NCBI GenBank assembly: GCA_030550235.1
Contig: JAUQPU010000001.1
Span: 381,068-445,067 of the forward strand
Length of the DNA: 64,000 nt
Direction of reading: 5' to 3'
Origin: Thermoproteota archaeon
Lineage (GTDB): Archaea > Thermoproteota > Nitrososphaeria_A > Caldarchaeales > Calditenuaceae
The translations under genes and the position numbers were made by a program. The notes beneath the pieces were generated by a model. The model was not told where the DNA came from, did not search any database, and saw nothing but the letters and a program-made list of their open reading frames with translations. Positions 39,107-48,764 of the stretch are shown here, piece after piece. Each line of letters starts with the position of its first letter. Positions within the stretch are counted from its first letter, which is position 1.

Positions 39107-40116
39107 TGCCAATCCAGTATAGGCAGTTGGGGAGGAGCGGGCTAAAGATTTCCTGTCTAGTCATGGGGACGTGGTATCTTCCAACACTTCCAGAGGTGAA
39201 CTCCTATGGTGTCAGGAAGGTGAACGAAGAGGCGACGCTCAAGCTCTGGAGGATGGCAGTCGATATGGGAATAAACACTATAGACACGGCGAACCGTTAT
39301 CATGGAGCCATCGCCCCAGTGCCGGTGACGCACGTAGGCTATGCTGAAAGGCTTCTCGGCAGATTCCTCCAGACAGTTGATAGAGAGTCTCTAGTCATCG
39401 CTACTAAGGTTAGGTTCCCAATGGGGACTGGCCCAAACGACGAGGGCCTCTCGAGGAAGCATATAATGAGGGCGGTCCGAGATAGCCTCTCAAGGCTCCA
39501 GACAGGCTATATCGACCTCTACCAGGCGCATGGCTTCGACCCAACCACGCCGCTTGAAGAGACTATGAAGGCTTTTAACCAGCTTGTCGAGTCTGGGCTG
39601 GTCCACTATATTGGCTGCTCAAACTTCCAAGCTTGGCAGATATCAGAGGCCCTTGCCATCTCAGAGAGGCTTGGTCTAGCGAAGTTTGTGAGCGTCCAGC
39701 CGCTCTACAATCTACTCCAGCGCGACGCTGAGAGGGAGCTCTTCCCACTGGTTAGGCATGCGGGCCTCGGCGTAATATGCTACTCGCCCCTCGCCCAAGG
39801 TCTACTGGCTGGGCGCTATCTCAGAGGAGTTGGTCCAGACGTGAGAGCCTCCTATAGCCCCACAGTCAATCCCCTCCTTACCGAGAGAAACCTCAAGATA
39901 GTTAATGAGCTAGCGTTGATGGCTAAGGAGAAGGGCGTGACGCTGGCCCAGGTCAGCCTAGCTTGGCTCCTTCACCAGCCTGAGGTCACCGCTCCGATAA
40001 TCGGCTGCACTAGACCGGAGCAGCTTGAAGAGAATCTTCAGGCTGTGGATGTGAAGCTCTCCTCGGACGATATTAAAAGAATCGACGAGATTACTAGGCC
40101 GCAGGCTCCTGGATAA
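39106..40116 (+). CDS. Aldo/keto reductase
   Basis: LG.SGL..S, DTAN.Y, IATKV, SL.RLQT.YIDLYQ.H, IG.SN, YSPLAQGLL. Confidence 0.95.
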   Translation: MPIQYRQLGRSGLKISCLVMGTWYLPTLPEVNSYGVRKVNEEATLKLWRMAVDMGINTIDTANRYHGAIAPVPVTHVGYAERLLGRFLQTVDRESLVIATKVRFPMGTGPNDEGLSRKHIMRAVRDSLSRLQTGYIDLYQAHGFDPTTPLEETMKAFNQLVESGLVHYIGCSNFQAWQISEALAISERLGLAKFVSVQPLYNLLQRDAERELFPLVRHAGLGVICYSPLAQGLLAGRYLRGVGPDVRASYSPTVNPLLTERNLKIVNELALMAKEKGVTLAQVSLAWLLHQPEVTAPIIGCTRPEQLEENLQAVDVKLSSDDIKRIDEITRPQAPG

Positions 40117-40128
40117 AAGCTGGAGAGG

Positions 40129-40884
40129 GTGACGTGTCTCTTGCGCGGCTCTCTATTCCACCCCGGCAAATCCTACGGTGTCCTTGAGAGGCTCTTCAAG
40201 GCTGGAGATTTCTCCCTATACTATTTCAGGGCTAAGAAGGGGGATGGGTTCACAGTAGACGCGGATGAGAATGAAAGGCTTGTCTTCTCAACTGATGGGG
40301 AAGTTGTAGTGAACGGCGAGACCCTCGGCGTAAAGGATATGATCTATGCTCCAAGGGGGGCTGGGCTGAGAGTTGTATCGATAAGCGAGTCGAGCATCTA
40401 TCTCGCCGAGGCTCGAGGATTTACAGAGCGGAGGCAGTTTGTGAAGAGGTTTAACGAGTCCGTCAAGGTCGAGTCTGGCCAAGACTGCTATGCACGGGTC
40501 ATCTTTCTGATGGTTAGTGAGAGTGACCATGTCGACCGATTTTTAGCTGGGTATACCGAGGGGGTGGGTGGGTCCTGGACTAGCTACCCTCCTCACAGGC
40601 ACGATGGGAAACCTGAAGCCTATATCTTCTACGGGATGGCTCCTGGCTTTGGTGTGCAGCTCCTAATGGATGATGAGGGTGAGGATGCCTATATAGTCAG
40701 GGATGGGGATGTAGTGCTGATCGAGAGAGGCTACCACCCCAATGTTGGCACATCCTTAAGCGGCATAAAATATGCATGGGTCATCGCGGCTCCACCCGGG
40801 AAGAGAGACCTATCGGTAGAGATTCACCCGCTCTTCAGCTCGGTCCCGCTAAGGACAACACATCTGAAAGTTAAAGAAGGATAG
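40129..40884 (+). CDS. IolB/KduI-family cupin (5-deoxy-glucuronate isomerase-like)
   Basis: G.WTSYPPHRHD..PE.Y.F, GFG.Q, GD...I..GYHP. Confidence 0.85.
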   Translation: MTCLLRGSLFHPGKSYGVLERLFKAGDFSLYYFRAKKGDGFTVDADENERLVFSTDGEVVVNGETLGVKDMIYAPRGAGLRVVSISESSIYLAEARGFTERRQFVKRFNESVKVESGQDCYARVIFLMVSESDHVDRFLAGYTEGVGGSWTSYPPHRHDGKPEAYIFYGMAPGFGVQLLMDDEGEDAYIVRDGDVVLIERGYHPNVGTSLSGIKYAWVIAAPPGKRDLSVEIHPLFSSVPLRTTHLKVKEG

Positions 40885-40919
40885 ATTGTGCCGAGGCTCC
40901 TCCTAGGAGTGCAGCGCAG

Positions 40920-41081
40920 CTACCTCTTTAGCTCCCGCTTCTTCCACCTCAGGTTCCTGCTTCTACACTTCCTGCATTTCTCAGCGTTTGGAGGGTTCCT
41001 CGCCCCACAATTTCTACAGATCTTATAATGTAGCCTCCTTCTCTGAGCCAGCTGAATCAGGAAAGTATCCGTGATGACCAA
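40920..41081 (-). CDS. rpl40e: 50S ribosomal protein L40e (absent from ORF track, 53 aa)
   Basis: Manual translation from TTG: MVITDTFLIQLAQRRRLHYKICRNCGARNPPNAEKCRKCRSRNLRWKKRELKR*. Confidence 0.95.
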   Translation of the reverse strand: MVITDTFLIQLAQRRRLHYKICRNCGARNPPNAEKCRKCRSRNLRWKKRELKR

Positions 41082-41136
41082 CTCTGCAGACTATGATGTC
41101 CATTGCCAGCTATTAAATCTCACAGCTGTGTATAGA

Positions 41137-42525
41137 CTATTTTAGGTAGGGGAGGCTTTTGACCCATGGGTACTCTGATAATAGGCGCTCTATAGACCTC
41201 TTCACAGCCTCCTCGGGGTATTCCCAGGGCTGAAGCTTCCCCTCAAAGAACTCCTGATAGGCCTGGAGATCAAAGTGCCCGTGGCCGCAGAGGTTGAATA
41301 ATATAACCTTCTCCTCCCCTGTCCTTTTACACCTTAAGGCCTCATCAATCACATATTTTATGGTGTGGCTAGGCTCGGGTGCGGGGATTATGCCCTCGGT
41401 TCTTGCAAAGATTGTTGCCGCTTCAAAAACCTCCACCTGGTTATACGCCCTAGGCTCTATGTATCCCTCCTTCAAGAGTAGACAGAGTGTTGGTGCGTCT
41501 CCGTGGTATCGGAGTCCGCCTGCGTGGATGGGTGGTGGTATGAAGTCTGAGCCTAAAGTGTACATGGGTAGCATCGGCGTTAACCTCGCAGTGTCTCCAA
41601 AATCATAGGTGTAGATACCCTTCGTCATCGTGGGGCAGGCCGTAGGTTCCGTGCCGACGAATTTCACATTCTTCGGCGCCTTCTTTGTTACAAGATCATA
41701 ATAGAAGGGCCAGAAAAGTCCAGAGAAGCTGCTGCCACCTCCAACGCATCCAGCCACAATGTCTGGATACTCGCCAATGCTTTCAAGCTGTTTCTTAGCT
41801 TCGAGCCCCTGGATTGTCTGATGCATTAAGACATGATTCGCAACACTTCCTATGCTGTACTTCACATTTTCGTGGCTTAGCGCATCCTCTATCGCCTCGC
41901 TAATCGCTATCCCGAGGCTTCCGGGATTGTTGGGGTCTGACTTCAATACTCGCCTGCCGAACTCTGTCCTCTCGCTCGGGCTGGCCAGTACCTCCGCCCC
42001 CCACGCATGCATTAATATCCTCCGGTAAGGCTTCTGGTCATAGCTGGCCCTGACCATATAGACCGTGGTCTTAAGCCCGAAGAGCATGCAGGCGAATGCC
42101 AGTGCACTTCCCCACTGTCCCGCGCCTGTCTCCGTAGTCACTCTCTCAACCCCCTCCTTCATGTAGTAGTATGCCTGAGCGACGGCTGTGTTGGGCTTGT
42201 GGGAGCCGGGCGGTGAGACGCCCTCGTATTTGTAGTAGATTCTTGACGGGGTCTTTAGAGCCTTCTCAAGCCTTACCGCCCGTATGAGCGGTGTAGGCCT
42301 CCAGAGCCTATAAGCCTCCCTAACATCCTCAGGAATCTTTATCCATCTCTCGTTACTCATCTCCTGATTAAGCTGCTCTTTCGTGAACAGTCTCGGGAGC
42401 ACGCCAGGTCCCGGAGACCTTGTGGCAGGATCAATTGGAGGCGGAAGAGGCTTCGGAAGATCGGGCAAGATGTTATACCACTCGGTGGGAAGATCGTCAT
42501 CACTGAGAACTATTTTTCGCGACAT
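41137..42525 (-). CDS. trpB2: Tryptophan synthase beta chain type 2
   Basis: [56 protein letters not shown]. Confidence 0.97.
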   Translation of the reverse strand: MSRKIVLSDDDLPTEWYNILPDLPKPLPPPIDPATRSPGPGVLPRLFTKEQLNQEMSNERWIKIPEDVREAYRLWRPTPLIRAVRLEKALKTPSRIYYKYEGVSPPGSHKPNTAVAQAYYYMKEGVERVTTETGAGQWGSALAFACMLFGLKTTVYMVRASYDQKPYRRILMHAWGAEVLASPSERTEFGRRVLKSDPNNPGSLGIAISEAIEDALSHENVKYSIGSVANHVLMHQTIQGLEAKKQLESIGEYPDIVAGCVGGGSSFSGLFWPFYYDLVTKKAPKNVKFVGTEPTACPTMTKGIYTYDFGDTARLTPMLPMYTLGSDFIPPPIHAGGLRYHGDAPTLCLLLKEGYIEPRAYNQVEVFEAATIFARTEGIIPAPEPSHTIKYVIDEALRCKRTGEEKVILFNLCGHGHFDLQAYQEFFEGKLQPWEYPEEAVKRSIERLLSEYPWVKSLPYLK

Positions 42526-42554
42526 GAGTGAGAATCCAAAACAGAGGCTGCTAC

Positions 42555-42588
42555 TTAAAACTTTTCCTGCGGGCCCAACAAGTTTTAA
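42555..42588. promoter_or_regulatory. Back-to-back TATA boxes of the divergent trpB2 and PqqD-operon promoters
   Basis: TTAAAACTT (42555-42563) and AAGTTTTAA (42580-42588) form a 9-bp inverted repeat, each about 30-40 nt upstream of a start codon. Confidence 0.55.
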
Positions 42589-42624
42589 AAACCTTCAATA
42601 CCCAAGTTCGGGGGTGTAGTTAGG

Positions 42625-43038
42625 TTGAAACTGTTCAGGAGGCGTAGGCCTCTGGGACCGACCATAAGCCTCGAAGAAGCGCTAAAGATGATTCCTGCTA
42701 GAAACCCAAACACCGAATCCTCCACCACCCCCTCAGGAGAGTTGAGTGTCAGGCTTAAAATGCCTCAGCCCCGCGGCCTCCTCCAGCGGCTTCTCCCCAT
42801 CCCCGAGTACCGTACTTTCATACTCGATAAGGTCGGAGGGGTTGTATGGGAGAACATAGATGGTGAGAGAAGTGTCAGAGATATTGTAGATCTGTTGGTT
42901 AAGAGTTTCAAGATGACGCGGGAGGAAGCGGAGATAAGCCTCGTCAACTATCTTCAGATGCTCTACAGCCGAGGCCTCATCTACGTGAAGGTGAGGAAGG
43001 ATAAGGAGGCGGGCCAACGCTTAAATCAATCTGGGTAG
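42625..43038 (+). CDS. PqqD-family (RRE-like winged-helix) protein
   Basis: P.RN, LD.VG..VWE.IDG.RSV.DIV..L...F.M...EAE.S...YL.ML..RGLI. Confidence 0.88.
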   Translation: MKLFRRRRPLGPTISLEEALKMIPARNPNTESSTTPSGELSVRLKMPQPRGLLQRLLPIPEYRTFILDKVGGVVWENIDGERSVRDIVDLLVKSFKMTREEAEISLVNYLQMLYSRGLIYVKVRKDKEAGQRLNQSG

Positions 43039-43047
43039 ATGCGTTAA

Positions 43048-43650
43048 ATGATGAGTAGTGGAGAGAGAAAATACGGTCGTGTCTCTTTCCCCCTCAGCGA
43101 GTTATTTAGGCTTGTCACACTCAACATTAGAAAGAGGTTGGGTCGCTCACTTCTGACGACACTTTCCGTCCTTCTAGCGATCGCCTTTATGACGGTAATC
43201 TTCACGCTCAGCTCAGTAAATCGTGCAGCTACGGGGGCTGAATTCGCAGCATATCAATTCTGGCTAATCTTCGTCGCACTTCTTGTGGCTGGCCTTGGGA
43301 TATTCAACTCCCTGTTAATTTCGGTCGCTGAGCGTTACAGGGAGATAGCGACAATCAAGACGCTGGGGGCGGCAGACAGACACATACTACTCCTATACCT
43401 CATAGAGTCTCTTGTGATAGGAATCATTGGCGGCGCCCTCGGTGTAGTAATAGGCCTCGGAGTCAGCATAGGACTTCTAGCAGCCTACGGCAGGGCTGCG
43501 GATATCGGGCTAGTCCCCATCGTGGAGTACCTCTACATAATGGGTCAGGGACTACTATACGCAGCCATACTCTCGCTGGTCGCCACATCCTATCCCTCCT
43601 ACCACGCCTCAAAGATGAGCCCCGCGGAGGCATTCCGCGTCGAGATATGA
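43048..43650 (+). CDS. Small FtsX/MacB-type ABC permease lacking a large extracytoplasmic domain
   Basis: RS.LT...V..AIAF, GI.NSLL.SV.ER..EIA..K.LGA....I...YL.E, YP...ASKM.P.EA.R.E. Confidence 0.9.
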   Translation: MMSSGERKYGRVSFPLSELFRLVTLNIRKRLGRSLLTTLSVLLAIAFMTVIFTLSSVNRAATGAEFAAYQFWLIFVALLVAGLGIFNSLLISVAERYREIATIKTLGAADRHILLLYLIESLVIGIIGGALGVVIGLGVSIGLLAAYGRAADIGLVPIVEYLYIMGQGLLYAAILSLVATSYPSYHASKMSPAEAFRVEI

Positions 43651-44480
43651 GAATCTCCCTAGAGCGGCTAATATTCATGCGAAGGCCTGTAGGAGAGTTC
43701 CTCGAACACGCTTGGAGGGCAGGTGTTGATGGTGTAGAGTTTGCTGAGTTCGAGCTTCAGAGGCTGATACAAGAGGGGAGATACGACCATTCAAGCCTCT
43801 ACAAGGATGTGAAAAATAAGGGTCTAACAATATCGGGAATCTACTGGTCGGCCGAGTTTCACAAGAGCGAGGAACGTTCCAAGATACTATCCCAAGCGGC
43901 GGGGTTGGCGGAGGTTTATGGGAAGATTGAGTGCAGGAATGTTGTGATAGGGCCTCCGCGTGGGGGGCTGGGTGCAGGGCTCCCTCCTAGCCAGGTATAT
44001 AGGCTTCTCGACCAGCTCGTAGAGACTTTGAGGGAAGCCTTAAAAATATTCGTAGACAACGGCATAACTCCCTCGCTCCACAACCACTACGACACACTGA
44101 TCGAGACGGAGGCTGAGCTTGAGTACGTCTTATCTAGGATCGAGCCTGAGCTGCTGAAGTTTTGCCCCGACACGGCCCACCTGGCACTGGCCGGGATGGA
44201 CCCTGTGCAAATGATTAGAAGGCATCTAGACAGGATAGTCTATGCTCACCTTAAGGACCTCAAAAGCTTCCAAGCCGAAGGTAAGCGTGTAGAGAGGTGG
44301 TATGAGCTTACGACGGAGCTAGGCAGTGGCGTGATAGACTTCCCCATGATAGTTAGACTGCTGAGATCTACGGGTAGGGTGGAGTGGCTGGTCGTGGAGC
44401 AGGACTTCACAGAGAAAACCCCTGAGGAGAGTGTGAGGATGAGCCTCAACTACCTAGCCCCTCTGGTTCGGGGAGACTGA
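43647..44480 (+). CDS. Sugar phosphate isomerase/epimerase TIM barrel (IolE-like)
   Basis: HNH..T.IET, CPDT.H...G.DP, H.KD, ELG.G..DF, W..VEQD. Confidence 0.85.
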   Translation: MRISLERLIFMRRPVGEFLEHAWRAGVDGVEFAEFELQRLIQEGRYDHSSLYKDVKNKGLTISGIYWSAEFHKSEERSKILSQAAGLAEVYGKIECRNVVIGPPRGGLGAGLPPSQVYRLLDQLVETLREALKIFVDNGITPSLHNHYDTLIETEAELEYVLSRIEPELLKFCPDTAHLALAGMDPVQMIRRHLDRIVYAHLKDLKSFQAEGKRVERWYELTTELGSGVIDFPMIVRLLRSTGRVEWLVVEQDFTEKTPEESVRMSLNYLAPLVRGD

Positions 44481-44520
44481 CGCCTAGAGTCTTTTTATTC
44501 CACTCTGCTGATTTTAGACT

Positions 44521-45495
44521 GTGCCACGAGCTGGTGTAAGATTCGGAATCTCCTTCCCCAACTTCTCGCTAGAATCTGCCGCCAAGATAGCGCGCGATGC
44601 TGAGAAGGCGGGGCTTGATAGCGTGTGGGTCAATGACGACATAGTTGGGGTCTTCCAGAAGGAGACCTTCGACGCCATTCTCTGTATGGCGGAGATGGCT
44701 AGGGCCACTCGTAGGATTAAGATCGGGAGTGCCGTCCTGGCAACATATAGGAGACACCCAGTCAATACTTCGATGTCGCTTGTATCCTTGGACCACATCT
44801 CCGGAGGAAGACTGATAGCTGGTCTAGGAAGCTGCTGCCCTAGCCCAGAGTGGGGATTTCCCCTATCAGGTGACGTGGCTGATAGATTCTTGGAATTCCT
44901 CAACGTCCTGAAGAGACTCCTAACCGGAGGAGCGGTGGAGTTTCAGGGCAGATTCTTCAGCCTAAAGAGCTCGGGCCTAACCGTTAGGCCTAGGCAGAGG
45001 CCCCACCCACCGATATGGGCCGCGGCAAATATAGATAGGACAATAAGGAAAATCGCACAAATAGCTGACGGATGGCTACCGATATGTGTCCCACCACAAA
45101 TCTACACCACGGAGCTTCAGACCCTGCGTGATTCTGCCAAAAGCACAGGGAGAAGGCCGAGGGAGATAGAAGCGGGCCTGATGGCCTTCATTCTGGTGGA
45201 GAAGACGAGGAGTATGGCTCTCAAGAGGGCGATGCCCCTACTTGCTCAAACTGCACTATGGTTTAACGCAGCTAGGATAAGAAAGATGGGCTTCGGGGCA
45301 GTGGGCTCTGTGAGCGATGTAACTCCAGAGATGGTTCAAGCTCTCAACATAGTAGGAACTGTCGAGGAGGCTGCTCAGAGGATAGGGGAGTATATCGATG
45401 CAGGGGCTAGGCACTTAGTCCTACAGCCCCTACCGGTTAAGGAGGCTCGGGAGGCTATTCCACGAATAGTAGATTCGATAAGACAGGCTGTATAG
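44521..45495 (+). CDS. LLM-class flavin/F420-dependent oxidoreductase
   Basis: G.DSVWV.D, TRRI.IG..V, RHP, LD.ISGGRLI.GLG, P.Q.P.PPIW.AA, ADGW. Confidence 0.9.
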   Translation: MPRAGVRFGISFPNFSLESAAKIARDAEKAGLDSVWVNDDIVGVFQKETFDAILCMAEMARATRRIKIGSAVLATYRRHPVNTSMSLVSLDHISGGRLIAGLGSCCPSPEWGFPLSGDVADRFLEFLNVLKRLLTGGAVEFQGRFFSLKSSGLTVRPRQRPHPPIWAAANIDRTIRKIAQIADGWLPICVPPQIYTTELQTLRDSAKSTGRRPREIEAGLMAFILVEKTRSMALKRAMPLLAQTALWFNAARIRKMGFGAVGSVSDVTPEMVQALNIVGTVEEAAQRIGEYIDAGARHLVLQPLPVKEAREAIPRIVDSIRQAV

Positions 45496-45496
45496 T

Positions 45497-48400
45497 TTAG
45501 CGGAGCTGCTCCCACAGGCTAGTTGGCGTCGTCTCTAAAACTTCAGAATCCCTAATAATACATATTCTCTTGCTGAGTCGCTGGGCAGCGAGTAAGGCGA
45601 TGGAGGAAAGGTAACCATCGTCAGATGAGATGCAGATTAGGTCGCAGTCCTTTGCCGCCTCTATCACAGCCTTGGCATCCGAGACCATCGATCCAGAGCT
45701 AGGTATCCTCACCACGACCACCCTGACCAGGTTCGCCTCCAGCATCTCAACCTCTCTCTTCAAGTCATCCTCTGAGGCCCCTCGCCAAACAACCCTGACC
45801 TCGCTCGGATTATAGACAGTGAGGAGCGGCTGGATATGAGCCAGGTCTCGGGAGAAGGGGACGAGTATCCTGATGGTTAAGGATGTGTACTCTATTATGA
45901 ATTGGCGGATGAGCTGAACGATCTCTCTGACATACTGGTCGATGAACCTAGCATCCTGCGCCTCAATCTTCGACCGGAGTTTGACAAAACCCCATCCGTC
46001 CTGCTCATATACATCAAGTATGCATGAGGCCCTGAATGCTCTCTGCTCGGTAGATGAGTAGGTAAACCTGAGTCTATGCAGACCTGCCTCGGTATTTTCT
46101 TCAACACCATGAACCATAATATTCACGGTGGTGGTATAGCTATATTCGCTGAGCCTCGAGTTCATGTAGGTTATAAAGTGTTTAATCTTCGATACCTTAA
46201 GCTTGGCGGGTAGCTCGACTGTCCAATACCCCTCCTCATCTAAGGCCTTTGTCAGAACCCACTTCCATGTCTGCGCCGGCGTGGAGAGAATGATATTCCT
46301 TCGAACCGATAGTATGTGTGACGAAATGAAAATAACAGATGAGAGGGCGAAAACGCCCATGACGCTCTCCTGAGTTAGTTTGAAGTCAATTGGTATGGGG
46401 ATGATTTTAGGGACTATGCTGAAGACCCCAAGAGTCACCAGGACTCCAAGGTATGAGGAGATTACTCCTAGGAATATAGCTTCCGCGACGCTTAGCAGTA
46501 AGATATGGGCTGGATTAAGACCCAGCGTCGACATTGTCAAAAACTCTCCCCTCCTCTCATAGTAATTCGCCAGTGACGCCACCAAAAGATTTAGAAAGGC
46601 GATGCCTGCAACCACCATAACCTCTCCACCCGATATACTGGCAAGACTAACAAGATTGAAGACGTAAACCTCCCCTCCAGGCCTGATTAGTCTCACCTTC
46701 AGATTGGTGTGAAGACTCATCGTCTCGGCAATCCTATCGATTTCTTCCACACCTCCCCCCGAGGCGTATATCTTGGTTGGCAGCGCACCTAGCTTCAGAG
46801 CCCCGTCAAATCCAGTAATTATGACATTCGACCATCCTGCCGGTGCAACTGGAGACATGGGAGGCATGACTAGCGTCGATAGGAAGTAGCCATCAATATC
46901 CTTAAGATAGGTAGGACAGTCTGTACTTAGTATTCCGTCTATCTGCAGGATCACGCCGTTTACTCTTATCCAAGACCCCACTGTTAAGCCGAGGTTTGCC
47001 GCCAAGTCACTCGAGACGATGGATGCTGAAGGATCTTGTCCAATCCGATTTATCTCCCCCTCGATGATGCATTGTGAGAGCTGCTTCGGTAGGAGGGTGC
47101 TACCCGATACACCAATAACACCCCTCAAGTTATAACTCTTATCGTTGATTATGTATTCGCGGCCCGATGGTGGAAAGATAGGAGTCTCAGCTCGGAGGCC
47201 CAAATCCAGGCCCAAACTTCTGAAGAACTCTACATAGCGGGTATCCACAGGCGCGAGGTTATCGAATCTGTATCCCCTATCATATACTATGATGTATGGT
47301 GTCTCTACTGGGTTAACCTTCTCCGTAGGGTTGGAGATGAATACCTCGCTCTCGACGCCTATGTTGACCAGCAGTAGGGTAGCTGAGACGGTGATCGTGG
47401 CCATGGCAACCATCATCCAGGTTCTGAGGGGCCTAGTTTTTAGAAACCTCTTCGCAACACTGAACGCGAGGGAGGAGGCTGCGAGGAGTGCGACTCCGCG
47501 CTGTGTCTTGACCTCGAGGCCTAGGGCTGGGATGCTCCAGACAAGGCCAACTATTACGAGTATGCTGTAGAGGAGGGCGGACCATCCCCACGCATCGCTA
47601 GGCAGGATTGAAGGATGAGAAGCAGCAATAAGGCTGAAAGTAAAGATACTTAGCAAGGACAGGCCAGCAGCTATACTAGACTTCTTCTCACCTAAGACTA
47701 GGTGGCTCAGGGAGAGCGCCCCCAAAACTAGGAACAATGGAAGTAGAATCCCACCACCCCATCTCACACTATAATCGTTTAATGCAGAGTTGATTCCTAC
47801 AAGGTCGATGTAGGTTTTTCGGAGCAGTTGATACGCCTCACCCATGTTTCCCAGGAGATAATGCTCCCTCGAGGCTGCGAGACGCTCCTCAGCCTTTTTA
47901 AGCCTATCAAGCTGATAGCCAAGATAGATGCCAGACTGTGAAAGCCCTTGAAGCCTATAGCCGGTCACCTCGGTGAAATTCTGAACGGCGCCAAATGCTC
48001 TAGGGTAAATAGTGTGCAGCAGAGAGACGATTCGATTCTCGCCTATAAGGCCTGTAAGGTCTTCCATCCATCTAAGCCCTTCACCACCTACTACCGCAAA
48101 CTCTCCATAAAGCCTATAGTCAATAGACTGTGGGACCAGAATTTCGCCATCTCCAAGACCTATCAACCTCTTCAGCACATCAATACTATGGCTCCAGTGG
48201 ATCTCACTGGGATACCAAAGCCCTGCCCCCCACAGCTCAAGCCTATACCGGGCTGAGACGGGGCTGCCATCAATCCAGGGATACAGTCCAATAAACCTGA
48301 CAATGGATGCCCTTTGAAGAACTATCGCCGGCTCTGAATCTAAATAGGGAAGGAGTTTGAGGATAGATATATCGACCGGAAGATATGTCCTTCCATCCTC

Positions 48401-48670
48401 AACTAACGGGCCCACAAGGCGAGAGCCCAGAACTACCGATGCTTCTAAACGCCCATCCCTAGTTTCTAAAAGTACCCGCTCGCCTGAAGGCTCCAACAAA
48501 ATAAACTTCAGCCCGTCCTCCACCGGCATATAATCGTTATCTAATACAGTTATGACTATGGTGGTCGAGTTATCCCTAGCTGTATCCGTGTTTGCTGTAG
48601 CACATACTGTAAACAGCATAAAGATAACAGTCAGCGAGACAGGCGTCAAAGCTGCTAAACGGTAATCCAA
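45497..48670 (-). CDS. Large multidomain FtsX/MacB-like permease with signal peptide, extracytoplasmic domains and C-terminal Rossmann/CARF-like domain
   Basis: Signal peptide; TM cluster; R..RT TM1; YERR.E...S.LGLNP.HI.....AEA FtsX motif; STP; extra C-terminal alpha/beta domain. Confidence 0.82.
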   Translation of the reverse strand: MDYRLAALTPVSLTVIFMLFTVCATANTDTARDNSTTIVITVLDNDYMPVEDGLKFILLEPSGERVLLETRDGRLEASVVLGSRLVGPLVEDGRTYLPVDISILKLLPYLDSEPAIVLQRASIVRFIGLYPWIDGSPVSARYRLELWGAGLWYPSEIHWSHSIDVLKRLIGLGDGEILVPQSIDYRLYGEFAVVGGEGLRWMEDLTGLIGENRIVSLLHTIYPRAFGAVQNFTEVTGYRLQGLSQSGIYLGYQLDRLKKAEERLAASREHYLLGNMGEAYQLLRKTYIDLVGINSALNDYSVRWGGGILLPLFLVLGALSLSHLVLGEKKSSIAAGLSLLSIFTFSLIAASHPSILPSDAWGWSALLYSILVIVGLVWSIPALGLEVKTQRGVALLAASSLAFSVAKRFLKTRPLRTWMMVAMATITVSATLLLVNIGVESEVFISNPTEKVNPVETPYIIVYDRGYRFDNLAPVDTRYVEFFRSLGLDLGLRAETPIFPPSGREYIINDKSYNLRGVIGVSGSTLLPKQLSQCIIEGEINRIGQDPSASIVSSDLAANLGLTVGSWIRVNGVILQIDGILSTDCPTYLKDIDGYFLSTLVMPPMSPVAPAGWSNVIITGFDGALKLGALPTKIYASGGGVEEIDRIAETMSLHTNLKVRLIRPGGEVYVFNLVSLASISGGEVMVVAGIAFLNLLVASLANYYERRGEFLTMSTLGLNPAHILLLSVAEAIFLGVISSYLGVLVTLGVFSIVPKIIPIPIDFKLTQESVMGVFALSSVIFISSHILSVRRNIILSTPAQTWKWVLTKALDEEGYWTVELPAKLKVSKIKHFITYMNSRLSEYSYTTTVNIMVHGVEENTEAGLHRLRFTYSSTEQRAFRASCILDVYEQDGWGFVKLRSKIEAQDARFIDQYVREIVQLIRQFIIEYTSLTIRILVPFSRDLAHIQPLLTVYNPSEVRVVWRGASEDDLKREVEMLEANLVRVVVVRIPSSGSMVSDAKAVIEAAKDCDLICISSDDGYLSSIALLAAQRLSKRICIIRDSEVLETTPTSLWEQLR

Positions 48671-48764
48671 TCTACTCCTTGACTAGCTAGTGTGGTGTAT
48701 AAATTTTATCCAATCCTCATCTATTAATTCTACGAAGCTTAATGACTAGGCCGGTTAATCGGAG

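Noticed and set aside
41071..41113. C/D-like string GTGATGA...CAGA-CT-ATGATGT...CTAT on the plus strand
   Set aside because: No CTGA box D, guides are short, and it is antisense to the rpl40e start
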